Assembly (NCBI GenBank): GCA_002633005.1
Contig: NMRA01000309.1
Span: forward strand, 281,333 to 345,332
DNA from: Phoronis australis
Lineage: Eukaryota; Animalia; Phoronida
Reading direction: 5' to 3'
DNA length: 64,000 nucleotides
Shown here piece by piece: positions 1-13,400 of the stretch (position 1 is the first letter of the stretch; the number at the start of each line of letters is the position of its first letter). Made by a program: the position numbers and the translations under genes. The notes below the pieces were generated by a model. It saw nothing but the letters and a program-made list of their open reading frames with translations, did not search any database and was not told where the DNA came from.

Positions 1-1390
1 TCTATTTGATTTCTTCGCTAGGCACATGAATGTTATCGTGTTATCGTCTTATTCATAATTGCCGCCGTGATCGTCTTGATTGTCGTCGTCTCCCTCATCG
101 TCGTCTTTTCGATTAGTTCCGCCAAGTGTCGCTCCTCCGAGCGCTCTCGTTTTTAACATTACTCAGAAGGCCTGTCAGAAGTGCAATGTGATATGAAGAT
201 ATCATGACTCGAACAGAAATCCGAAAGTAATACAAATGTGTCAGTCATCAGTGCTGCAACCCCTTCAAATATCAGTCAAATCAAATGAATCTTAGTGTTT
301 GATAAAGGACATATGTACGCAGTGTGAACAGCTTTATTTCGTTAGCTTATTGCAGTACAGTCTGCAGGTAGGACCTATGTTGTGTATGTATTTGTCAAAC
401 ACAATATTATGTGCGAGAAACTATAACACTGCCTGTTTACTCTGGCATACCGGCTATTTAGAATCACAAGATATTTTGCACTGCTATTTTTGACACAAGT
501 TCGAAAAATGTAACCTTATGAAAAGACCATATGAAGGTTTTGTAATGTGCCATGTCAAAATGAGGAACACAAAGGGTCAAGATCCAATCTCCTGACTCGG
601 TTTTAATGTCTTCTGCTCTGTTGAGTGTGGAACTGAGATAAATGTCTGATTTTGCTTTATAGTACATTTTGTTAAGTGCAGATGATTATGTAATCACAGT
701 TTGTCCTTCGTGACCCCGTCAATAAAGCTTCAGATTTCGGCTTGAATTTGATGAAATTTTGGATATGAACTCCAGTTAGAAGTAGTTTTCATCAAGTGGG
801 ATTCAGGAATATGTAGTTATCAGCATAAATCGTTCTCTAGCTGAGCTCAAAAGCAAAACTATTTCTAGTTCATGGAACAAAAAAAAAGAAATTTACTGTG
901 TTTATGGGAGATTTAATTTGGTTCCAGCATCAATTCTATCAATTCCATTACATGATTTAAATCACTTTATCTGTTGACTATGTTCTTTTTGCCACTTTTA
1001 TTTTTTGTTTATGTTGCCACTCTGAATGCTCAGACCGAAACTGCACTATTGGAATTAGTGGTTAAAATTTAATGGTGCATTTGGAGTTACCGAATCCTAA
1101 CGGGTACAAGCTTGTGGTTTTAATAACAAGCACCACACATGATTGCATGAATTATTGCTATTTTGAGGAGTTTTGTAACAGTTGTAGGTCAATTGGTTTA
1201 TTCAGTTCAATACTTAATTAAATTAGAATTATAAAGTATAATATTTGGCCAAATTCAATTACTAAACAGAATTGAAAAACGTATCACAGTGCGTAAAAAC
1301 AACTGCAAAATGCGCACCTGTTAGCCTGGACAAAACTGACATGTCATCAAGGAGGGCAATACTTTATTGTATCATGTATTTTATTTCCAG

Positions 1391-1485
1391 CCCTGGGACA
1401 GGTTATGCTCTATGTGGATGGTATGAATGGCGTCATACAACACAACGAAACGATACAATGGCTCTACATGTTAATAGCTTCCAAG
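1391..1485 (+). CDS. FHOD3: FHOD exon, GBD/FH3 region: (A)[31 protein letters not shown]
   Basis: ttccag acceptor, AAG|gtaagg donor; peptide closely matches FHOD armadillo region. Confidence 0.93.
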
Positions 1486-4400
1486 GTAAGGGTCACTGTA
1501 ACAGGTGATGTATGTAGGTCACATTTGACCGGTGGGGGTACGAATTTGTTGTGTGTAAAAGGTTTTGGATAATGTGTGTACTTGTACACAATGCCAATGT
1601 ATGGTAGGTGGTTGGCGTGAATGCAGGGAATATTCATGCTGCCTGATGTGTTCTTGGACAAGAATAGACAACTTATGTATGGACTGGTTTTGAGCATATA
1701 ATTGAAATGTGCTTTTACTTTTATTTTCATTATTTCGATTTGGGAGAGGGCTGGAAATGTTAGATGTACTCCCGCAGCAATGTGCTTGTTGCCTGTGACA
1801 CACGAGCCCTGTGCTTGTTACATTGTTTCCTGTGATACACAAGCTCTGAAAGTACAAATCACTAGCTTTGTGGTATTTTAGATTGTCCATCTCACTCTGT
1901 CTGAATTGGCATATATTTTTGTTATATCATCGTACCTTAAAAGCTTCCACAATTGCCACACGGCGCTTGCTTTGGCTGGATCACCTGTCTCGCAATCAGA
2001 GTCTCAATTCTCCCAAGCATTGTTTATATTAGGCTACGATGTCGGACGTTCACGAGGAAGTCTGGTGCTTACAATGTGAACAGTGTGATTAGTGAGTGGA
2101 AGTTAAAGACATTGAACTGGAGAGAGTATGGGTGCTGTGTTTGCTCGATTCAGCTGTGTTGGCACCCGGTTTGACAAACCTAAGCTTGTTGTGGCTGCTT
2201 GATGACTTGAACACGTAAACTTAAGAGTGAAAATCTAGATAGATATTAAATTTTCATTGTTTTCAGTCGGCCTTGTTAGTTTCTATGTGCTGGCTGGGAA
2301 TAACATTGTAGGAATTTAGAATAATTATGGACAACAATACACCAACACGCAAAAGGATGTAAAGAGTGCACTAATTAGAAAACACTGCTTTTGGCGTCAG
2401 ATGCACCTGGCTGACCTTGACCAGTGTAATGAATGGGTGGACTTACAGAGCTGCGACTGGGCATTTTGGAGTTCAGAATTAGAAATGTTTATTTTATTAT
2501 TACTTACCTGTGGATTTGTACTTGAATTCCAACGTTTTCCTGGTAATAATTTAGTCTGTCTTGTGCATTAATATGCACAGCGAGTTTTTGTCAAAAGGGT
2601 GAATCATGTCAGCATAACTGCTGTGAGAAAGGGCCTTATTAACCTGGCAATATAGGTAAGCTACATCACACAGTGATAGAAATAGTTGTTGAGGGGTTTA
2701 CATATTAAGTTGCTTTTACACGAGAGACGGTTGTCACGAAGCAACTAACACGGAACAGTTGATCTGGTGCGAGTGTGAGTTTAAAAAAGACCGACACGGA
2801 GCAAGTTGACACTGTGGCATCTGTTTTTGACGACAATGGTTTGAGAGTGGCACTGGATCAGTTGCTCCAGTGTCAACTACACGTCTAAACAGAACTGGGA
2901 CAGGGCGGAAAGGGATCATCTTTCAATGCACTTGCGCAATAGTGTGTATACGGGTGATCCACTGGCATTCCATGGGGTTTGGACGTTCGCTATTGCTTAT
3001 GTGAGCATGCGCAGACAGTCTTCTTGTAAGTGACTCGTGCTGATCCAGTTTGCGATCTAATGTCGTGTAAATGCGACTAAAGTGGAGCAAGTCACGCCGT
3101 GACAACTGACAAGGTGACAACTGACAAGGTGACAACTGTCTCTCATGTAAAAGTAGCTTAACTGTATTTGAAGTGTTTCATGGTTGTGAAGACCATCTCG
3201 ACATCAAACATCATGTCATCTCACGTTTCTTGTAGAACCCGTCCACTTACATGCCTGATAGCCTCAGCAGGCACAAAATGTTGCAAGTGGTATGTGCCAG
3301 AATGACCAGGCCCGACGCCATCTTGATATTTTTGCAAATGCGACTGACCCGTAGTTATTTTCATCCCGAATGCTGTATGTCTGATTGTTGAAAACGGCAT
3401 GTTCATTTGGACCTGGGCATCATTTTTAAATGAGATCAGTAAATTCGCATCATTCGTGGAAGTTCCAAGTGACTTGAAATTTGATTTTCTCATAATTTTT
3501 ACGTGAAAAGTGAATGTTTGTGTTCATATTTAAAGTTTAAATGAAATCCTTTTAAGTTCGTATCTCTCAGTAAAGAAGAAATGAGATATTAAATTGTTAT
3601 TCTAGGATAATCTACTTGAGTTAAGCAAAATCGAGTGAAATGCCTTTTTCGGGTTTGAAATAACGGCTTTGGTGCATTTTTATTTCTTTGCCATATGATT
3701 TTTGTTTGTATGAAAATTGTGTGAACTCTGTTGTATACATTTGTCTGTCTCGCGCGTGGAAAGGAAAATGATGCTATTTTGTACTTTTAAAGCTTTAACT
3801 GGCAATACACAAAAACTTGCCACTAGCCTTTTGATCTCAAAGCTCAATATAGCACCAGTGTACTTGACATATGCTTCTGCTCAAGTGTTGCGGAAAATAA
3901 AGAATCTCTGCTTTGGTTTTTCATCGCTTGACATTTTAAGCTCTAATTTAGTCCCAGGTTTGTAATTTGCTGGTAAATGGAAACCAGTCAGGCAAATCAT
4001 GTGCCAAAAATAAAACACACTTCACCTCAAATTGGTGTATGATGCCATTCTTGAATGAGCAAGTAGTTCTTCATTTTGCCGTTAATTTCTATTTCTTTGT
4101 GAAATTCTCACACCATTAATTTTTCTTTTAATGTGCAGAGTGTCATGAAAATGATTCAAATGATATCGTCTGGCCTCCTTCATTGTCCACCAGGGGGCAC
4201 TTTAGATATTTATTTACCATATGTCTTGTAATGAGTTCGCCGTGGCACATTGACGTATGTTACGTCTGTTGTCTGTAGACTCTTCATCAGCTGAATAATG
4301 CTGTTACCGATGTTCTCCCAAGAGTATGCATGTTCTAGGTGGTCTTTTGCTGGTGTTTGTTGTCTGCATGTATTTTCTAGTGTTTTGCCTTCGTGCTGTA

Positions 4401-7400
4401 AGTACTGTCTGCAATGTTTAGACTTTTTTATGAATGTGTATTTTTGTGTATTCCTTTGATTTGAAGCTGTATTGGTCTGTTCCATGTGTTTCTAGATATA
4501 TTACTGTTTGCATGTTTCTATGTAATTTGTATTGGTTCCAGGTATGCTACATTTTGCCACAGTTACTACATGGTAGCTTTCATCTCTTTTTGATGACTTC
4601 TTTGCATTCTACTTTCTGTTCATCTTAGAGAACTAGCTTTCCAGCCATAAGTCTGCTATGAAAGTCTTGTAACCTTCTCAATACTGTTTTCCATACTTCC
4701 ATTTCAAATCATACTTTTATTATTCTTTCATCTTAAATTGTCTCCTGGACTTGTAAGTAAACTATCTGCCTTCGGTAACTGTCTTTCCTGTACCACTTCT
4801 TTGATAAGCTCCACACGTCACCACTGGTGTAGCCATTACTGATTGTATGATGTTGTTTCCAGTTTCGACTGGTCGTCAAGACTGCACTCAAGCTCCTTCT
4901 GGTGTTTGTCGAGTACACCGAGTCCAATACCCTCCTTCTCATTCAAGCCATCAACACTGTCGACAGCGAAGCAGGTAAATTACTGTTCAACCATCTGCCA
5001 CCAGGTGTGGTATTCTACAGTGATGAGAGTGATTTCGCAATATCTGTGAGGTGATGTTATTGGTGCATTGGGTAACTTATGTGACCTTGAGTGACCTTTA
5101 CTCAGTGAGCACTCCACTGTATGTAAACTGGCTGAATGTCTGGAAATTGTAGTTTACCACAAATGAGTAAAATAGAAAAATTGGCAACAGTACAATAAGG
5201 GACTTTTTTAACTTTACAATGTCATTTGTCAACAGAAACATGGAAAAATAAACATGTTACTATTGAAAAATTTCAGGATCCATTGTTGTTGTTGCTTGTT
5301 TTTCTATTTTACCCATTTACTAACAATAGTATTCAGTTGTGGATCATGATTTTCTCATTTAGTTACAGAGTTTTCTTTTATTATCTTTAGTTTGTCAGGA
5401 ATTATTTAAAGCCACACTGAAAATGGTAAAAACTTGTGTGTTATTCACGCAAAAGGATACAGTACACTTTTGCTGTTGCAATCTTCCTCATCATTTATAT
5501 TTCTTATCTAGGACACTTTGTTTCACTCATTCTTCATTTCCATACGAGTCCCAATATAGAACTGTTACCTTTGAAATGCGAGCCAGCTGTTGTGAAAGTT
5601 GTGTAACCCGATCCTGTTCATCATGCTGTCTATGAAAACTTGTGGTCTAGACCAGCCAGTGGGATACCTCTCTGCCCAGATCTCTCATCCTGATGTAGAA
5701 CTGAATTCAATCTGCCAGTTGGTCGAGAGACCTGGTCTTGGCATGGAACCTTCTTGGTTACCAGTTAATGGTTCAGTGGGAAATTGGCTAACGTCTAAAA
5801 ATACCTGCATTTCTGAGTTAACAGGTGAAGCCACGCTGAGTCATGTTAACCAGGCAGCGCGCTGTTAACCAAAAGCATTTACCTTGTGTTTCATCTTCAG
5901 TGTTGTATTAGGGTATAGGGAGAGAATGTTGACTCACTGGTCAAGTTAAAATTCCACTGAGGTTATTCAACTGGCTTTGCAAATGTTCTACTTAGTGACA
6001 ATTATGGCTTTCAATTTGAAATCTTAATCAAAATAAAGAATAATATATTGAGAATTCTGCTGCCTTTATAGTTACAATTTAGCCCTCACATTCTACTTAC
6101 CTGGACCACCAAGTTGTTTTCAGAGATGCAGCAGAACCCATTTCAGAGGTAAACATAGTCGAGGGCAAATCCGTCGTACAGATACAGAAAATCACTGAAT
6201 ATTCTAGTGAAATTTTTGTTTAGAGTATGGTATTGAGAAGTCTAATATTTGTGCATTATAGAGTATCCCAAATGATTGTGCATCACACACCCCAAAACAT
6301 TACATGTATTATTCACCCTAACATTTCACAGGTGTTTCGCCATGGAAGAACATAATGGACGTTCTGGACGAAAAAGAGGGTGGAGACTCGGAGCTACTGA
6401 TCTTCGCCATGACACTTATAAACAAGGTGGGTGTGGCCTTTATTCAATAGTAACTGATAAATCTTGAACATTTACAATTAGTCATTGACATTTGGGTCCA
6501 TCAATGTACCCCATGTAGTACACAATAGTTATTGCAAGGTGCCATTGGGATCATGTTGTGTGCATTGATTAGATAAAGCTTAGTTTGTGCCTTTGTCATT
6601 TGTCAAAGGTTTTCTACCGGCGAGTACTAATGCAATGGTGCTAGCCACAACATAAATTCGTTTTGATTGTACCTACTGATTTCACCGCGTTGTTACGTGT
6701 CGTTTCCTTCTTTTCTGTTGACAGGCAATCCACGCCATCCCTGACCAAGACACGTTTTACGATGTAACCGACTCCCTAGAAGAGCAGGGTATGGAGAGAA
6801 TCGTCCGCAAGCACATGGACAGGCGCGGCGCCGACCTTGACCTACTTGAGCAGTTTCAGTTGTACGAGGCTGCTCTGAAACATGAGGACGGTGAAGATGC
6901 ACCACACAAGAAAGACAATCTAAGGTGCGTGTCGCAATTTAAAGGAGCAATGTCCGCTTTGTTTGAGAATGGCTTCATTACAAACTTCTGCTGCAAAGGT
7001 AGTTTCATCTTCTAACTGATGAAACATTAAGTTTACCACCCTGTTATATTTTTCCTATGATTCACAAAATTTATCGCGACATGGCAATGATACATAATGT
7101 TGATGATATGAAAATGCCCATTTCACATTAGTTGTAAAAAACATTTTTAGAAAAGTGGTTGAATACATTGAGTGAGTTAGTTTGGTATTTTTATTTTGTT
7201 TTGTTGAAATTGCTCAAAAATTGATTTTATGCATGACTGCAGGGAAAAACAACTAATTTTGAATAATTATTCACTTTTACAAGGAATGACATGGTGTAAA
7301 TTCTAAAAAAATGCACCAAACAGTCGTATTGTAATCTTGCAGAAATACACCAAGGATAAAGAGTGAGGCAGAAGAACGCAAGAGCCGGCGTTACTCTACC

Positions 7401-10400
7401 GGAAGTGCACCCAACAGTAACTCACCCCAAGTAAAACGCCGAACGCCCAACTTAACTACACATCGAGAAGAAACCCCCGAGTTGGAAGAAAATCTCACCC
7501 CTCTGGAAAGGAGACGTAGGGAAAGGGCGTAAGTGCAATGTTGCAATATCATTGGCTTGTGATACGGCATCTCATTATGTTTTGCAATATCATTGGCTTG
7601 TGATACGGCATCTCATTATGTTTTGCAATATCATTGGCTTGTGATACGGCATCTCATTATGTTTTGCTGGGTACTACCATTGTCTCTACTGGCAAATTTT
7701 CTGGCATACGTATTTATTTCTTTTGATTCTTTCTCATTGTGCAGAATAACTAATTAAGAATTGCTTGGTAGAAAAATATACATCTGTCTACATGCTATGC
7801 CAGCAAGTGCATCTTTGATCTTGCAGTTGGAAATTCAAAAAACATAACTGCGCAACAGACAATTGATAGGTTCCATGAAACCTACGTGGTGGAGAGGTAA
7901 CCTTCCAAACAAAAGCAATAAACTGTTAAATGCCCATTTAGCACAATGTATAAACAATATGTGCAATTAACATCAGCAAGAAAGTAGAGCCCAAACTAAA
8001 ACAACATTTAGTTTGAAAGAAGTTTCTGGCGCCGTCTTTATGAATAGCAAATACCAGGTTGTCTGCCTTGACTATGGTTTTAAGAGTTATTTAATTATTT
8101 AATATTTATGAAGTAATTTACATAAAGCATTCCTTCAATGTATGGTTATTGCCATAGATGTACGTACTATCCAAGTAGTCCTAGCAATCAGGACTTGTAA
8201 TTTTCCTCTTTAAAAGGATTTCCTCTTTTTCACCTTCGATTTCCTCTTATTTGATTTCTAGTTTCCTCTTTCTTCATCCGTTTTTATAAATATTTTTATT
8301 CATGCAAAAACGTTTAGTTCATTTAAATTTTATAACACAGAACTATTTCTATCACACAAGTCTATTTATTTTGTGGAACGATGCATGACCTGGAAAATTT
8401 TCTTCATTTTTGTCATACATCATTCTAAGCCCTGAGCAATATTTTAGACATAGGTGTGTCAAACGATACTTAAAGTAGCCCGTTCACACCACATCACATC
8501 ACCGCGGCAACACAAAACAAAAAAGGCCAGCAGTAATAGTGTTTAATAGCACTTTACAGAGTGCGACTGTTGTTCTTAGGTTTTTGAATTAACTAAGGTT
8601 TCTCGCGGTTACGTCATGTACTTAGAAAGTATGCTAATAAGACCTCACCTTTTCGAATGTATCTGTTTATGGCACTGATGTGTCTAGTGTGCTGTTCTTA
8701 ACCTATTTTAACCACTAAATGTACTTGATTTATCTCTCAAAAGATGGGCTTTAGGACTGAGCGTTGTCTTTAAGATCTCACTATCAGAATTCTTAAAATG
8801 GCCGTGTCTGCTGTTATGGTTTTCTTTTCTTGCAGTATCTAACACAGTATTGCAGCTTCTCAATGTTATAACCACATAGTTATACAGTATGATGACTTTT
8901 GCTACATAGCGCTAACTCATGCTTGAGACTAACTGGTTTATCTTGCAGCAGCGGTGATAGGCTGAACAAAGTGGACAATAAAAACATCGCTGACACATCT
9001 GACACGGAGTCTGTTATGTCATCACGGTCAAGCATTGGGTCAGTCTTGCGAAAAGGCTCCATGCCCAACATCAACCTGGGCTACCGTGGCAGTGGCCTCT
9101 TGACCTCTGACACAACTAACGCGCCTGCCACATCTGTTAATATCTCACCCAGTAGACGAACTAACCTTAGCACGCGTACATCTTTGTTGTCCTCGAAATC
9201 TTTAGATTGCGAGTGAGTAGTCTGATGCATGTATTCATTTCTTGTCTTTCTTTTTGTTCCTTGATGAAGAAATTTGATAAAATAGACATTTTTGTTGTTT
9301 GTTGTATATATCTAATTCAGAAGTTACTGACCGAATGTCTAGATTGTCATAGTGTAGCGAAACCTGCATTTGTGGGCTTCATGCTATGGACGTAGTTAGT
9401 AGTCACCCTTATGATAAATCACTACTCACCCTTATGATAAATGTGTGGTTATTAGTTCAGTACCTCTCTCACTCATCATGCATGTGTTGTGGCTTGCATT
9501 TCGACAGAATTTTGCACCAATTTTCAAATTTCACCTCTGAATTTCTTATCTAGTTTATTACTTTCGCACATTCTTTACTGGCAAGTGTCATGAACGTGGA
9601 AGAGTCGCACCAAGTTAGTTCTTGAACTCTCTAAGCGCCGTGTTTAATGCTCTTGCTTAGCACCAGCAGTGTCGCAGTTGCCTTAATGCTATGTTGGCTT
9701 TCCCTTCAGTGCTCGTCAAGCAGAACGGGAGGGCCACAGCCCTTCACCAGCCGAGACCCCGGGTCAGTCGTCCTTGTACCGACGGCGGCAGGAACGAGCT
9801 ATGCAGAATGAAAAGGCTGTCAACGGAGACCAAACTGCAAGTGAGTCTTTTGTTGAAACGAACACTAAACACGGTTTGAGTACTGAAAGATGTCAACTGC
9901 AGCTAAATTGATGCTTAGAAAGGGTGCGAGTTGTTACAAAGCATTGATGACTGGTCACATGGGAGCCATGACTCCTGCTGACACCTGGTTGTTGGTGTAG
10001 CGTACTTGTCCACATTAATGTTCGCTGTTGAGCTAAGCATGTGTTTAAAAGAATTTTTTGGATGATTGGGTTAATGACCAGAGAGGTGCATTTACGTAAG
10101 TTACCGTAATCGTTCGGGTTAACGCCCTGGGCGGTTAAATTGGCAAATCCAAAAAATCGGGGGAGGGCGGTTAACCGAGCAGTGGGCGGTTAAATCGAAA
10201 ATCCACCTAAAGTAGGGGATGGGCGGTTAACTGAACATGGGCGCTTATTACGACATACAACCGCCCTGGGCGGTTAATCTTACCTGACGATCTAAATCCC
10301 GACACGACAATCATACTCGGAACGCGTAGCCCTTTTCAAAGAGCTTTATCGTCACGTCGCCAAATGACAGTGAAAACGTCATAACAGCAGATGATCCCAA

Positions 10401-13400
10401 CAAAGGTTCTCTTGCCCAGATTAGTCATTCACTATTAAATTTACAAAATTGCTGAGTAATAGCCCCGTGCCGTCCTGCGGTGCGCAGACGACCAGTCACC
10501 ACGCAGCCTCCACTAGAATTAAACTGTTTCAATTAAGATGTGACCCTGCTTAAGTGCGCGCGTGCNNNNNNNNNNNNNNNNNNNNNNNNNNNNNNNNNNN
10601 NNNNNNNNNNNNNNNNNNNNNNNNNNNNNNNNNNNNNNNNNNNNNNNNNNNNNNNNNNNNNNNNNNNNNNNNNNNNNNNNNNNNNNNNNNNNNNNNNNNN
10701 NNNNNNNNNNNNNNNNNNNNNNNNNNNNNNNNNNNNNNNNNNNNNNNNNNNNNNNNNNNNNNNNNNNNNNNNNNNNNNNNNNNNNNNNNNNNNNNNNNNN
10801 NNNNNNNNNNNNNNNNNNNNNNNNNNNNNNNNNNNNNNNNNNNNNNNNNNGTCAAGTCTATTCCCATATTTCCCGGCTCGATGCTCCCTAAGCCCATCCC
10901 TGTAACTAGCTGCGTGAATCTCCTACCCACTATCGTCAAGCAGTCTACGTCGTAGATATTTCAGTCTCGAATGGTAAGAATTTTTGTTCAGTCTGAAAAT
11001 GGCCAATGTATAAACAAAATTATTCTGGATGGCTAAAAAGGGGATGTGGAAACGATAATTCACACAGTCACGCTTACATGGGGGCTGACGCAAGAAATAG
11101 TAAAGAACAGCCAGCGACATTAGTTAAGTCTGCTAACCAGTTTGACTGAGATGCAATAAGCGAAAAACAAAATTTGACTAGCCGTTTTTTATTACTTCAA
11201 GATCATACACAAACATACATTATTGCCAACGTTTGCTTCAGAAATCGACAGGCAGCAACGAAATCGGTAACCCAGTAAGGCACTTGTACCGTCCGTTCGC
11301 TCGCCCCACATCCTCTATAACCCGGCAGTTATATTCATCAAAATATTGAGAATTTGACATCTTTCCGTGAGATTTGTTCAAAATACGAGAGCAAAACCAT
11401 TGTCACATTTCTCTGGCCTGGTTTTTTCGAATGTATGTTTTATTTAGTGCACTGCAGACGGAAACTTAGCGCGGCAGACAAAGTCGCTGAAAGCGGAGGT
11501 TTTGACGCCGGCGGCGTTCTTAAACTTGGCAAACAAGGGAAGAAAATAAAGTGACAAAAAGGTTCAAGTATTATATTTTGAAGTGAGTTCATGACCCAAG
11601 ACAATAACTCGTTACCTGTATTGTAATTCAGATTGCTAAACCACCGTCTCGGAGTCCCGGTGTCGTTGCACTCCGATTGTGATCATCGATCTTTTTCTAA
11701 AAGTTGGGGAATCGCGTGTTTCCTTAGCAATAGGCGCTAAATCTTCATTCTTTAAAAGTCGGGGATGGGGGCTTAACCGAGAGGTGGGCGCTTAACTGGA
11801 AATCTTCAAAAATCGCAGGGGGCGCTTAACTGAGCAGTGGGCGGTTAAATCGAAAATCCACTTAAAGTCGGGGATGGGCGGTTAACTGAGCATGGGCGTT
11901 AACCCGAACGATTACGGTACTTGTTGTGTATGAGTTAGTCTAAATAAGGAATTTGCTGAATGCAGGCAGCGTGTTGCTTGTTAGTTGTAAACAAGTCAAT
12001 TGTGGCCATTTTGGGAGCTGAAATGAGTAATCGCTCTTTGTGGTTAATTAACGAGCTATAAGTCCCGACTGTACATGAATCAAGGGTGGCATGTAACTGA
12101 ACATTTGCATGAAAATGGGAATGTGAGAAGAGTACAGTAGGTTGATCTACTTCACAGTTCTAGGTGAAACATGGGGACAAATTCACTGTAAATTGAGGCT
12201 AATACCAGTTATCACTGGTCTGCTATGATCAATCGTCATTGCTTTGAGATAATCTCTCCAACAGTTTTCGTCTACTGAGCTCTCTCATGATGAAAACCCC
12301 TTGTGGACATTTTTCTGCAAACTGATTTGTATCATTTTTTTGCAGTTAACGTCTTGTAATATGCAATTCCAAGTTGAACACTATTCTGATGTTGGGTTGG
12401 ATTGTTGACAAGTGGTTAAAACTTCAACTTGAATGGGTGTTGGGTTTCAGGGAGCTTACATGTAGCATCTCGTTAAGTGACCTGGTATTCAGTTTACCTT
12501 GACCTGATGACACGGACATTAATAACGTCTGCCCTGTGATTGGCTGGATTAACTTGCATAGCTATGGTGTTACACCAGTACAGTGTGCTCGATGTTGGGC
12601 TGTTGAGTGAAGGATGTGTGTATGTGTACTTGGGGCTTTATACTACAGACTGTTGGAACACTTGCTCGCGTTCATTCCCAGGGGACTGTTGTTCATTGTT
12701 CACTCGTTCATTTAACTTGTATGAGAGTAGAGTAGTCTCTGCTTGACATTCCAGTCCATTATTGAATTACAATTTGGAAAGGCATGCTAACTGACATATC
12801 AAGAAAAATTCTTAAGCAGGAAGAGGTAAAATGGAGATTTCAAAGTGATATGGATGTAGTTTGACTGACATCTGTTGACGAGCTGACTGGCTACTTAGTT
12901 GAAATTTTGCTGCTACTTTGTTACAACACTGTTGTTGTTTGTGAATAACCGTTTTTGATCATTAAGATTAAGGGAGGGGTGATGGTGCATTATTTTTCTT
13001 CAATTTTTTATTGCCATTAATAAAACATACATGCATGTATGAAGAAATGACTAATGACTAATTTGACACATATGCAAACACACATTTTGAGATCTGAAGT
13101 TAAATTAAAACCAAAGACTAGCTAATATTATCACAATCGTATTCTTGAGATTGCAAATCGAACTTTTTTGAGCTTTTCTTGTATTAAGTCGCATACTTTG
13201 TGGCATGTTACTTTCCTTTTTTGTCTCTGAATACAATCTTCAATGGCTTTAGCTAAATCTTAATTAAATTTTCTGTAAACTATTTCATAAAGAAACTTCT
13301 TATTATTATTCTTTATTTCTAATTATCGTGCTGGTTATTTCATATTTTAAATTTTCATCTGAGTTTGGAAAAGCCGTAATTTTTTGCCTCAGTCTGCATG

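Noticed and set aside
10540-10955. Long ORFs spanning N-runs (also 51314-52297 and 62083-62634)
   Set aside because: Artefacts of assembly gaps.
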